Shown: positions 12,831 through 24,347 of the stretch, piece by piece | How positions within the stretch are numbered: position 1 is the first letter of the stretch | Layout of the letters: each line of letters begins with the position of its first letter | Source: Hormiphora californensis | Lineage: Eukaryota > Animalia > Ctenophora | Assembly: GCA_020137815.1 (NCBI GenBank) | Contig: CM035352.1 | Span: forward strand, 62,001-126,000 | Length of the DNA stretch: 64,000 nucleotides | Direction: 5' to 3' | The notes under the pieces: model-generated | What the model saw: only the letters and a program-made list of their open reading frames with translations | Databases searched by the model: none | What the model was told of the DNA's origin: nothing | Program-made: the position numbers and the translations under genes

Positions 12831-13855
12831 CTATTGTGACAAGTGAAACAAGGTTTTACAAAATCAACAAATGTTTCACGCAAAAGCTGCGATCGTCAGG
12901 ATTAACAAGAATTATTGCATTAAAAATGTAAACTTGTTTACTCGTTAACCATCCTCTGCTCCTTCATAAAGTTGGATGTTTCATGAGTTTAACGGCTAGA
13001 TACTTTCTCAAGTGTCCGCACAAGAGGAAGTATCTAGCCGTTAAACTCATGAAACATCCAACTTTATGAAGGAGCAGAGGATTGTTAACGAGTAAACAAG
13101 TTTACATTTTTCCCTGCCCGGGTGAATGACCGAAGGGCATTCACCCGGGATGATGTTTTTAGCACGCACGTGCTAAAAAGATCATTCAGGGTTTAGAAAT
13201 CAGCAGATCGTGGAGTTAACTAAATGTCCGTCCGTCCGTCCGTCCACCGTTACGCATAGTAACAAAGTCTGCTCCTTCATAAAACTATCAGCTCACACTA
13301 TGTTGATGCAACAAAGGAAATGATTAACACGCATTGTGGTGCGCAATTACTCACTCATAACACTTCCTACTTTCACCTGAAATCACTTTGAGTACCCTAC
13401 AGCCGTACCATGACGTGGTAGCAAGTCTTCTAAGCATGAAACTACTATCACACAATAATTGTAAGTGACTGGAGTTAAGATGAGGGTAATATAAAGTTGA
13501 AGCACTTGGTAACCAACTAGGGTCTCCTAAGTAACTGTCTTGGTTATCATAGCAACTGCCTTGGTTACCATAGCAACTGCCTTGGTTACCATAGCAACTG
13601 CTTTGAATACCATAGCAACCACCCTGGATACCATAGCAACTAACATCGTATCAGCCAAAAATGCTCTTTGAGTGCAATATTCATCGGGAAATCCAGTTTT
13701 GAAGCTTAGTCATCAATTTTACACCCATCTGGGGCAGGGAAACACCGCATTATGAATACATTATAATGCAATAATTCTTGTTAATCCTGACGATCGCAGC
13801 TTTTGCGTGAAACATTTGTTGATTTTGTAAAACCTTGTTTCACTTGTCACAATAG
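12831..13855. repeat. Foldback palindrome interrupted by a HINE
   Basis: 12831-13005 is mirrored by 13028-13111 plus 13764-13855. Confidence 0.8.
13107..13782 (+). mobile_element. Helentron-associated interspersed element (HINE/DINE-1-like)
   Basis: T-run start, subTIR TCCCTGCCC, hairpin CCCGGGTGAATG..CATTCACCCGGG, (GTCC)n microsatellite, internal 21-bp repeats, 3' subTIR GGGCAGGGA then hairpin GCATTAT..ATAATGC and CTTGTT; a related 5' end lies on the minus strand at ~58870-59208. Confidence 0.75.
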
Positions 13856-13977
13856 TTCAGCTCTCCGCATCCCCGAATCGAGCACTCTACCAGGATACAA
13901 ACTTCTAAATCTAACTAGTGCTCATTGTTCATATTGTGCTCATTCAATATTATATGATTCGATCTCTCACGTGCCTC

Positions 13978-15060
13978 GATTCACCCCCTGGTGACCTACA
14001 AGCCTGTTTACCTACTCTCTGATTGGCCTAATCAGAGACCAGGAGTATGCGATCGGGCGAGTAGGTCATAAGGCCATACAGGTACTCGTTACCTACTACT
14101 GAACTTCATCATAGTTTTGAATGGCAGAAACTAAAACACGTTGTTTCTCAAACAAAAATAAAAAGTTCATTTTACACAATCAGTTTAGATATCCAATATT
14201 TTTACAGTACATAACATTCGCAATCCTTCCATAAAATGAAACACTCGTTTGTAGCCTTTTCTCCAGTTGTACATATACGGTCTTCCTCTTCTTTGGCGGT
14301 AGTGGCTTTCCCGTCAAGATATGCAGAATCATGGTATCCGTTTTAGCATTGAAAGTCCTCAGGATTTCCAACAGCCGCGGTATGGAAGGATGAGCGGAGG
14401 CTGCAGTATTATTTAACGCGTTGTTAGATCCCTCAGAGTAGTTGTTAGTCCTTGGGCTGCCAGAAAGGACTGCAGAGTGGACGTTCCACATGTTGATCGG
14501 GTAGACTGTTGGGTTGTAGATCCATTCCTTCTTCACGTACTCCAGGACAGGTAGAAAGTCAGGTCTTCTTCCTAGGTGATGTTGTAGTTCCATCCACACA
14601 GATGTAACGTCAGTTGCTGGGACGAATGCTAATCCAAAGAGAGAATGAAGAGCCTCCTTGATAGTGGGATCATAGTCATTGGAGCCCTGTCGGTAACCGG
14701 GAACTTTCTGGAATCGGCGGATGAGGCACTGCTTCCAGTGAAATAGACAACCACAAATACAGGCTTCCGGGAAGATCTGGCGGATGGCATTGTGTTCCGC
14801 AACTTCAAAATCAACCACCACTTTTCCAACAGACATTCTCGGGCAAAGATCCTTTATGAACTGAAGGGCTTTGCTGTATGATGCTGTAGATTTCTGATTG
14901 GAGAAAAACACTATGATCAGTGTGATTGGTATGCCACACCTTGGAGTAGGTCACCAGGCTGGTAGGTAATTGCGACTTTTGGTCGCCGTGACCTACTGGT
15001 CCCCTAATTAGGGTTTACATGAGTAGGTCACCAGGCTAGTAGGTCACCAGGGGAGGCACC
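13978..15060 (-). mobile_element. MULE deletion derivative nested in the TIR of the outer MULE
   Basis: TIRs GATTCACCCCCTGGTGACCTAC / GTAGGTCACCAGGGGAGGCACC; 8-bp TSD CGTGCCTC (13970-13977, 15061-15068). Confidence 0.85.
14180..14911 (-). pseudogene. MULE transposase C-terminal half (5'-deleted)
   Basis: Motifs VVDFEVAEHNAI...GCLFHWKQ and WNV...PRTNNYSEGSNN typical of MULE DDE transposases; no stops in 243 aa. Confidence 0.9.
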
Positions 15061-17391
15061 CGTGCCTCTCACGTGCCACTCACGTGTCACTCACGTCCCT
15101 CTCACTCTCACTAGCTTTGGCTCATAGAACCTAATAAGATCATATTTCTATGAGCCATAGTTGTATGCATCTATATGGCTCATAGAATCTATGAGCCATA
15201 GTTGCATGCATCTATGGCTCATAGATTCTGAGCCATAGTTGCATGAGCCATAGTTGTAGGTCACCGATGCATAGTGGGGACCAGGGTCCACGGTGGGGTA
15301 ACAGGTTCAAAGCACACATAAGACCTCACCGTCTTCGTGCTAACGACCCTGTTACGTCACCCTGAATCATCACTCAGTTTGGTCTGTGTGGCTGGTTTGC
15401 TTCATATTATATGTTTATTTCGGCGCAATGCCACTGCCAGCGGCAGTTTTGATTTGATTGATTTATTGACGTTGTTTAGACGGTACGTTCATCGATTTTC
15501 CTTTAGACGTCGTTTAAACGTACTTTTAGAATCCCGTCTGATTTACAGACGGGGTTGTTAAAGTCCGTATCAACTCCTGGTAAAGTTTTCTCAACTTCGA
15601 GACGACACCGTCTAGACACCGTGACGGTACAGTCTAGACACCGTCCAGACGTTGTCTGAGACCCGTCGCAACAACGTCTGATACCGTCTATATCCCGTCT
15701 TTTAATATTTTCAAGTCTCGTTTTTTGCATTCTACGCAGAATCGTCAGATCTTCCAGCCCATAATTGTGGCTAAGCAGGGGCCGAGAAAAAAATATCAAT
15801 AGCACGGGCTAATGTGCACCCTGTGTGTACCCCGTGAATGTTTAGGTGACAAAGGTAGCTCTAATAATAAGGCAACCTTTCCGGCCCACTAATTTCAATG
15901 AGTTTTGGTATTTAATACCTACATAACAAACTTGGCATACTTACAAAAGATTTTATGTCAGTTTCAATATCTTCGGCGATTCGGTATAGCTCATCACATT
16001 CGCCTCCACATAACGTACTAGATTCACATGTCATAGTTGCTAGAAAAATGAGTGGCCTCAAAAATTGTGAGAGGCCGAGGGACCCAATTCGAGTTGTGAC
16101 AAAGTCCGTTTCAAATGTCGAATTTCGAGTTAACGTCCATTCAAAAAACTAAAGTGATTTGCATTTTCGACATTTTGTTCTAACCAGAAATCGAAAGAAA
16201 TTTCGGACAAAAAGTCAACCTCGAAACGCATTCGAGTTGATTTTTTGTTTATTCGAGTTATCGTCCGTTCGACATTCAGTCCACCTCCCAACTCACCCTA
16301 AATTTAGTGGGGCGGACAGAGAGTCACCAGATTCGGACTATAACTCACATAAATTCGAGATTTTCAAAAGTGAGTTATAGGAATTTTCGAGTTCGAGTTA
16401 TCGTCCGTTCGAGTTTCTGTCCGGTACCCCGATCCAACGATGTTTTTTTGGTATACGAATTAAAAATACGTTATATGCTGGGGCCACTAACGGTAGTTTA
16501 AAAGGAACGAGAAAAGGGAATATGTTCACATCACCCACCCTCCCACAGATATGACACTGACAATCTAACTCACCAATCTTCATCTCTCTCTCTCTCTCTG
16601 GCATGGGTTTCTCTCATAGTTAGTGATGGTTCGCCATGGGACTAAAAACGTTCAGATTAGGTGGTATAAACAATGTTTATTGTACCCATCTGGGTCGCGA
16701 CTCTCCATCTTACTTATGACATGCGCAATGACGTCACGAGTGACGTCATTGCGCGAGACCGACTAACTTTTTTAAACGCCTCTAGCACCCTGAAGACATG
16801 TTCCGATTTCTGATTTGACAAAAATCATCACCGGCAAATCGTCTAAACTTTCAAATACTACATCGCGAATTTTCGCAGCTCATCATTTAAAGCATATAAT
16901 TAAATCGCGTCGGAAGTCAAAAATTTAACGAAAAATTCAGCAAATCGTACGTTTTTCGAGCAAGAACTCCCATTTCTGACCACTGTAGCCAATAAAACTT
17001 TAAAAGCGACTTTGGTATATTGATTAAAAACATATCGTGATACAATGACGTCAAAATTACGATTTTTACAGAAATTTGTCTCGTTTCTCATATTATAACC
17101 CATCATTTTGACAATATTACATCATGGAATAATGTCATACTGAAATTAGAAACCAAAAAGGAATCGATTACCCACTTCTCTGGCTACTACAACTCTGGCT
17201 ATTACAACTCTGGCGAGTAGCCACAGTTGTATACAACTCTGGCTACTAGGGGTGCAACTCTGGCTATTACAAAATCCCGGCTATAGAAGAAATATAACGC
17301 CGTATTGCATGTTAGTCAGGACCACTATTGGTGTGCAGTCGTGCCCACGGAAGGAGTGCTTGGATCATCTTGAAACCGGTTTTAAAGTGAG

Positions 17392-19184
17392 AGTGGACAG
17401 AATCAGAATTGGACAAGTTTTTTGGAGGTTGTAGAGATTCGTTCTATGAGCATTTTGCCGCTCAAAATCGACCCATCCATAACTGAGATATTTTTGTTAC
17501 TCTCGGGGAATTCCTGCTGGATCAATATTTATCAAACAGGACAGAGACAATCCTTGTGTTTTACTAAAAATTCTTCAAATTTTTAATATGCTGAATTGCA
17601 TTGCTCTGCTTCTGTGCATTGGACATGTCAACCTCACTGCTTATATATTCAGAATGTGTTAGTAAAACACGACGATTGTTTCTATTATCCTGTTTTGTAC
17701 ATACCGTAAGTTGGGGTAACTTTGTACCACTTTTTAGCATTCTCCTAAAATAACTCCTTGCCAGAACCACACTCGAAAATTTTTGAACCAAATAATCCCG
17801 TTCCAGACCCAGTACACCAGATATAACTAGTGAAATTTTTGGTCCCGTCTCATTTAATTAGATTAATTAACACGTATTTTAGTGTAAGTGGGGTTTTAGG
17901 GCATGGGGTAACTTTGGAATGAGGGTGGGGTAACTTTGGACACATTTTGCAATGATAAATAAATGAACGTAAAATGTTGAGGTTTTCGATATGAGCGTTT
18001 GTAGAGTTGCCTTAGACCCTCTCTGACTTGTTTAGGACCATATGACCAAGATTCAGCCCAATCCACACCCGTTTTCAACCATCTACTCGCTAAATGTAGT
18101 GAATAAACGAGGATTTGGTTTATTTATTGGAGCTAAATCACAAACAACCGTCCTAAAACACATCAAACTTCAATAATTTGGGGTCCCTCATCCACCCTCT
18201 AGCTTGGTAGGTGGTATTGGCCCCCTAGGCGGCAGTATTAGTTCTTTTTACTGAATTGGACCGCCAGGAAGTGGCCGGACACTTATGGGTACTGGCTAAA
18301 TAAAGGAGTTTTGGTGTCTGTGTTCCTGGATAGAATGTCCACAAGAACTAATAGACTCGCCTAGAGGGTCAATACCATCTACCAAGCTACAGAATGGATG
18401 AGGGACCCCAAATTATTGAAGTTTGATGGGTTTCAGGTCGGATTTCTATGATTTAGCTCGATAAAGTAGAAATAATTCTGTTTTTTACTACCTTTAGAGA
18501 ATAGATCGATGAAAATGGGCATGGATCGGGCTAAATCTTGGTCAGATGGTTCTAAAAAAGTCAGAGAGGGTTTAAGGCAACTCTGCAGACATCAAAAGTT
18601 CAAAACATGTAGTATGGGGTAACTTTGGCACCCCGTCCAAAGTTACCCCAAAATTCAAAATATGGTGGGGTAACATTAGCCACCCCAATTAGTCTCAATT
18701 AAAGTAATTGGTCGGATTTGAAAAATGGTGCCCCGAATTATTTGATCGAAACCCTTCCACTCTATGGAGCAAACTTGATTCGATTATTTGCCCGGTCAGA
18801 TCTATGGTACCCATTTTGATTTGAACATTTTTAGCGATTTTGACATCAACTATGTTTGACCCTAATTAGGAGCTAATTAGCATAGACTTGGAAAAAATAA
18901 TTGTACCGTTAGTTAGACATTTGTGGGTCAGTTACTTGTACACCCGAAAATTTTTCCAAATCTCTCGTTATCTGTTCGTAATTTTGGACTAAAGCCAAAT
19001 TTTGAAAGTGTCCAAAGTTACCCTGCAAAACAAAGTTACCCCAACTTACGGTACTAACTAAACAGGAATTCCCCGATAACAAAAATATCTCAGCGATGGA
19101 TCGGTCGATTTTGAGCGGCAAAAATGCTCATAGAACTAATCTCTACAACCTCCAACAAACTTGTCCAATTCTGATTCCGTCCAC
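17392..19184. repeat. Foldback element (arms ~17392-17517 and ~19063-19184) hosting a pogo-type MITE
   Basis: GTGGACAGAATCAGAATTGGACAAG...GGGGAATTCCTG mirrors CAGGAATTCCCC...CTTGTCCAATTCTGATTCCGTCCAC. Confidence 0.7.
17704..19051. mobile_element. pogo/Tc1-type MITE, copy 1 (~1.35 kb)
   Basis: ta|CCGTAAGTTGGGGTAACTTTG ... CAAAGTTACCCCAACTTACGG|ta; internal palindrome; near-identical to 33811-36005. Confidence 0.9.
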
Positions 19185-19229
19185 TCAGGGATACAAGAGG
19201 TGAGTGAAATAGAGTGAGAGAAAGGGTGT

Positions 19230-19255
19230 ATGAGAGAGGGAGGGAGGAAGGGAGG

Positions 19256-19329
<74 letters not shown>

Positions 19330-19393
19330 AGAGAGAGAGAGGGGGGGGGGAGAGAAGGATAAATAGAGAGATAGAGAAAGAGAGAGAGAGAGA

Positions 19394-19452
<59 letters not shown>
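19230..19452. repeat. (GA)n microsatellite
   Basis: Direct inspection. Confidence 0.95.
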
Positions 19453-19456
<4 letters not shown>

Positions 19457-19732
19457 CACAAGAAAAAGTTACCCTCCTGGGTGGGCTACCTTTCTCGCAA
19501 ACTAATTTCAATTAGTTTTTGGATTAATTTTCTTTATCATATGCATTGTGTATATCAATTTTTATCCTTTTTCAAATCAAATCAAATCTTGCTCACAGAA
19601 AAACGTTCCTTGGGCGCTGACCAGCGCTCTAATTTGTCATGTGACACCCCCACTTGAGAAATCATTCCTATACCCGTGCTGAGAAGGGCCATGAAGCTCA
19701 CCATCACTAACTAAATGATGCTTTATGATGCC

Positions 19733-20527
19733 CACAGTGGGGCAAAATGCTAAAAAAGTTTATATACAGTCGGACCCCGATTTAGTGGCCCCTATTTAGT
19801 GGCACCCCGATTTAGTGGCAGGATTTTTCCCCCCGATATAGGAAATTAACCTTATTTGACCCCGATTTAGTGTAAGTAAGAGGTGCACGAAAACGAAATT
19901 TCTTTTTTTTACACGATTCAAGTTAATACTGCTAGACAACCATATAATATAGTTGTTAACATCGAATTTGGTCTATAAAATCAAACGAAGATCGGTTAGA
20001 GTCTCGCGGCATATTCTGAACCATGTAGCCAGACATTGAGAACAAGTTCGGAGATATGCCGCGAGACTCTAACCGGTTTCTGACGGTTGATACAGTTCTC
20101 CAAGAGTCTATAGATGAGGACTGTATGTGTTTCCATGCGCTACTATAAACTTTTTTTGAGCTCAACTCATTAAAAAAGCATACATTTTTAATGTAATAAC
20201 TTTTTTGTCAAAAATCAAAACCAAAAACGGACTTCAACACGATTAAGGATTTCATTGAAGTTACATCATGCCAAATGGCATTCAGAACTACGAAAAGAGA
20301 AATTGGCAGCGGCCATTCAATCGAGGCACTAATTTGACTGCCAAAATCGAAAATGGATGTTGCACATCTATTCAGATGGTCACAGAATCTCCAAAACTTA
20401 GTCTTTTTTCATGCCATTTGTTCATTGTTGCATAGAAAAATTTGAACATTTTCCTATCAACATGCCAATTTTCAGCGAAATCAATTTTTTTCTATTTCCC
20501 GAAAGTATGGCATTTTGCCCCACTGTG
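19733..20527. mobile_element. Transib-like MITE
   Basis: TIRs CACAGTGGGGCAAAATGC / GCATTTTGCCCCACTGTG; 5-bp TSD ATGCC/ACGCC (1 mismatch); contains a truncated pogo-MITE end at 19767-19872. Confidence 0.75.
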
Positions 20528-21946
20528 ACGCCGGCAATATAATAGTAATAGCAAAAGGTGGAAATAAAATGGACCGCCTTTCCCGCCAACTAATTTCCAT
20601 TAGTTTTTGGCTTTAAAATACAAATTAGTTTGTTGATACCGTAAATGTTATAACATATATATTTAGAGTTTCACTTTCATCATCCGGAATCCAAGTCTTT
20701 CGTGAAGTCTACGAAACATCTGAGGGGAAAAATTCTTTTGAGGGAGAAAACGGTGGGGTATAGAATTATAGACCCCGCCGGCTCAAATAGACGCACGGCG
20801 CGCTCAAACAATTTGCACTGGTCTATTGGGCCGTGCACTGCCGTGAGTTTGTGTCTCGATAGACGCACGCCCTCTGACAGATTTGTGTAAAGATCACAAA
20901 GAATCACTGGAAACACGATAAAATGACTTGGTAACTCAAGAGGGAGTGTGTGTACAACCTACAACGCTCTCTGTCTAGATTTGGCGCCCGCCAGTCTGTT
21001 GCAACTGTTGCTCATGACCCACAATTAACTGTAATCTCTCTCTGCATTCCACGCTTTGAAACTGTTACGACGATTGTTACGAGTGTGTAGGAATGTAGAG
21101 ACTAGAGAGGCACTCTGTAGCTTCATTTCTAACTGTTTGACCCGTTTTGTGTGAGCTCTCTCTGTGTCAACCACCTAATTTGTGCTTGTTTTGCTTCTAG
21201 GTGCCCGCCAGCGGGGTCTATAGAACACAACTCCCTCCCTTACGTGCAGATATACCTGTAAACCCCTCGCTGACGCTCGGGATTTACAGGGCTGTAACGC
21301 ACGGGTCCCTTCGGGACCCGTGCATTAGGTACAGCTCAATAGACGCACTGCTCTGCAGTGCGTCTATTGAATAGATGCCCACGCGGGAGGGAGTTATGTA
21401 CTATTTAAATTAACCCTTCTATCACGTATGTACTTGCCCAAGGCAGTTTTTTCGAAATTGCCAGACACCCCACCTGCACCACCCCCTTTAAACTTTGCGG
21501 TTAGGTGCTGGACCCACCCCAATTTTTGACGTTTAGTCACATAAATTTTGTCAATTAGCACTGAAATTAGGTCTAGTTTGGTGGATTCTCTCCTGAATTT
21601 TAGTCCACAAGGTTGAATAAGCGAAAATTGGGCGGTCGATTTTTCCGTGCAGAATTTTTGAAAAATCGGGTTCGAAATTTTTAAAGCTTCGAGGCAAAAT
21701 TTTCGAAAAAAATGGCGAATTTTAGACATTAATTAATGACATAATTGGCTAAATTTTCTGCAGTTAGGTATGTGTCATGCAGTTGAGTGCTGAGCCCCCC
21801 CCCCCACCCGCGGTGCTCTAGGACTGTAACTCACCTGTACTGGCATTAGGACTGTAACTCACCTGGGCAGTAACTTTATAGGTACTCACGGGGTTCTCCA
21901 TTTTCTAAAAAGCGCAAGGATTACGCAAGGATTACGCAAGGAAAAC

Positions 21947-22412
21947 GCTTTCCGTGCTTGCTTTCGTCGATCTGGACGATCACTCCAGGTCCGCCGATCA
22001 TCCCCGAGGTGGTGTTGATCTCATCATGCATCTTCTCCCGGATAATGTCAAAAAACCTCCTCACGGTTCCCCCGTCCAGGGTAGAGCTAATGGCGGTGCG
22101 GGCGACGGTGGTCCTCTTCGAGTACTCGTGTAGGAGGCTGATGAACTTCCGGAAGGGCATGGGACTCTGCTCCAGGATGCTGTGTTTCCGCACGGACACT
22201 GAAGATCCACAGGGGCATCTCCAGCAGAAGCCGTCGCTGTAGATACTGGCCGAACAGGGCTTTATCTGCATCACCGTCCCGCAGGAGAGGCAGTTCCGGT
22301 TGGTAGGGAGGATCTTCTTTCCGATGAGGTAGAGGCAGCAGTCCGAATCCGAGGAGAGAACTCCAGCGTTGAGCAGGTCTTCATAGCAGAGAGATTGGAT
22401 GGAAGAAGGCAT
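21947..22412 (-). pseudogene. Merlin/IS1595-family transposase, N-terminal part
   Basis: Zn ribbon CLSC...WRCPC, SVRKHSIL, and IGGPGVIVQIDESKHGKR (first catalytic D), then truncated into the TIR. Confidence 0.88.
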
Positions 22413-22661
22413 TGTGGTACTGATGGTATGGATTGAACTCCACTACTCTTAAATACTGGTCACATAAGGGACGTCCCAGATCCATGCCACCCAACTTTGA
22501 GGGTGGCATGGCAATAACAAGGCAATAAAAACCAAGACCAAGCCTTGTTTCAAGGGCCTGGCCCAATTAGCAGATATGCGTCATTACAGAGGTGGGACTG
22601 GGTAATACCCAGTGGGTATGGTCATGTGATACATCTATTCCAACCCTTTCTCTCTCGTAAT

Positions 22662-22714
<53 letters not shown>

Positions 22715-22735
22715 TACACTCCTGTATATATAATA

Positions 22736-23894
22736 CTAGCGCACCCATTGGGTGCGCCCCAAGTAAAGGCGTTTTGATAACCCGGGTGGCCCTCTTTTTC
22801 CCACATATGTCACCAATTCAATGGTTGCCATGGCAACTAAATCGGTAACTATGGAGACTGAATTGCTAAATTATGTTCCTAAATGACCTCAAACTGCCAG
22901 CAAAGTAAAAACAACTGCTCCCAAAAGAGGGCCGGGTGTTACACGTAACGCTTTGGGTTTGACATCTGATTTAGAGTTCTAATCGACACTCCCATAATAA
23001 TGGGTGTGGTAATTTAAACATGTGACACTGTGCAGTAGGGGTTGCTAAGTTGAAATTTTTGAATACTCAATTTTAAAGTCTTGCACATGTATTGGGATGT
23101 TCTATGAGCTAATTTCCGTGTTTTGAAATTTTAAAATTTTTTTTCGATTTTTTCCCGATTTTTCACCAAAAACAAGGGTCGCAAAAGTGGCTTGCGATCC
23201 TTAGTGGCTCAACCGTTTGGGCTGAAACTCCGGATATCTGTAGATAATTGCCCAATAAATAACAGGAAATATGATTCATAGCGATATTTGACTATAAAGA
23301 CCCAATTATACTATACAACCGTATGTGCACGAATACAACCCATGCGCACTGCAATAAACAGCAAAAACAAGGGTCACAAAAGTGGCTTGCGATCCTTAGT
23401 GGCTCAACCGTTTGGGCTGAAACTCCGGATATCAGTAGATAATTACCCAATGAATAACAGGAAATATGATTCATAGCGATTCATTCCGACTTAGCAACCC
23501 CTACTGTGCAGTGTACAGAGCTGATGACTGTGAGATATGTGACACTGACAGGGCCTGGTTTCTGATGAGATGAAATGTGATCGGATAGCAGGAGCAGTGA
23601 GCACACATCAAGAGGACCCAAAACAATTTAAATCAGTACCATAGCAACATGAAGTGGTCATGGCAGGAACTTATCATTCCAGGAACGCGCGCAGCGGAAG
23701 GAGAAGTTAAAGCAGTCGCTGTTAGTAGTCACTGTGTGCGCGCGGCTCAACTTCCGTTATAGTTACGTAAATGTGGGCACTGCACCACTGCAGGATGCCA
23801 TTGAAATTCTTAATGAAGGAGCAGTCTGTCGCGTAGAAACGCACTGAACGAACGACCACCACTTCGACGCGACATCTCCAAATTATAATAGAGA
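22736..23894 (-). mobile_element. Non-autonomous Helitron
   Basis: Minus strand reads a|TCTCTATTATAA ... GCGCACCCAATGGGTGCGCTAG|t (5'-TC, 3' hairpin + CTAG, A/T target, no TSD); internal direct repeat ~23167-23286 / ~23363-23480. Confidence 0.85.
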
Positions 23895-24347
23895 TATGCA
23901 AGAGGGGTACAACAAAAATTAACAAACGTGAAAGGGAGAGATTTGAGGACAATTGCAAAAGGTATGAGAGAGGTGAGGTGGTTTGGAAGCCAGTAGTGGG
24001 TTTTACGCAAAGGATACGCAAGGGATACGCAAATTGCGTATCCCTTGCGTATTTTCTGCTTATTTCTTGCGTGTTCTTTGCGTAATCCTTGCGTAATCCC
24101 TGCGTAACCCTTGTGTGTTCCTTGCGTATTACTTGCGTAATCCCTGCGTATCCCTTGCGTATTCTATGCGGAACCATAGCGTATTCCTTGCGTAGTCTTT
24201 GCGTAATGCTTGCGTAATCCTTGCGTTTTCCTTGCGTAATCCTTGCGCAATCCTTGCGCTTTTTAGAAAATGGAGAACCCCGTGAGTACCCTTTTTACTT
24301 TCCCCTTACTTTAACCCATATGTACATTGTTCGACTTACCCTTCATA

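Larger units (their letters stand above)
9546..15265. mobile_element. MULE (Mutator-like) non-autonomous element with long TIRs and nested insertions
   Basis: 9-bp TSD GATGCATAG (9537-9545, 15266-15274); ends GATTACCTACAACTATGGCTCAT / ATGAGCCATAGTTGTAGGTCACC; inverted arms >150 bp. Confidence 0.85.
21881..24290 (-). mobile_element. Merlin DNA transposon deletion derivative
   Basis: TIRs GGTACTCACGGGGTTCTCCATTTTCTAAAAA at both ends; subterminal (CCTTGCGTAAT)n repeats; encodes an IS1595/Merlin transposase fragment; Helitron nested inside. Confidence 0.88.

Noticed and set aside
19090-19511. Several SL/RE-repeat ORFs (also at 34774-35290, 37171-37496, 53524-53982, 54367-55338)
   Set aside because: Translations of microsatellites
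23722-24177. 151-aa ORF (and copies at 32692-33375)
   Set aside because: Translation of Merlin subterminal 11-bp repeats running into a Helitron end
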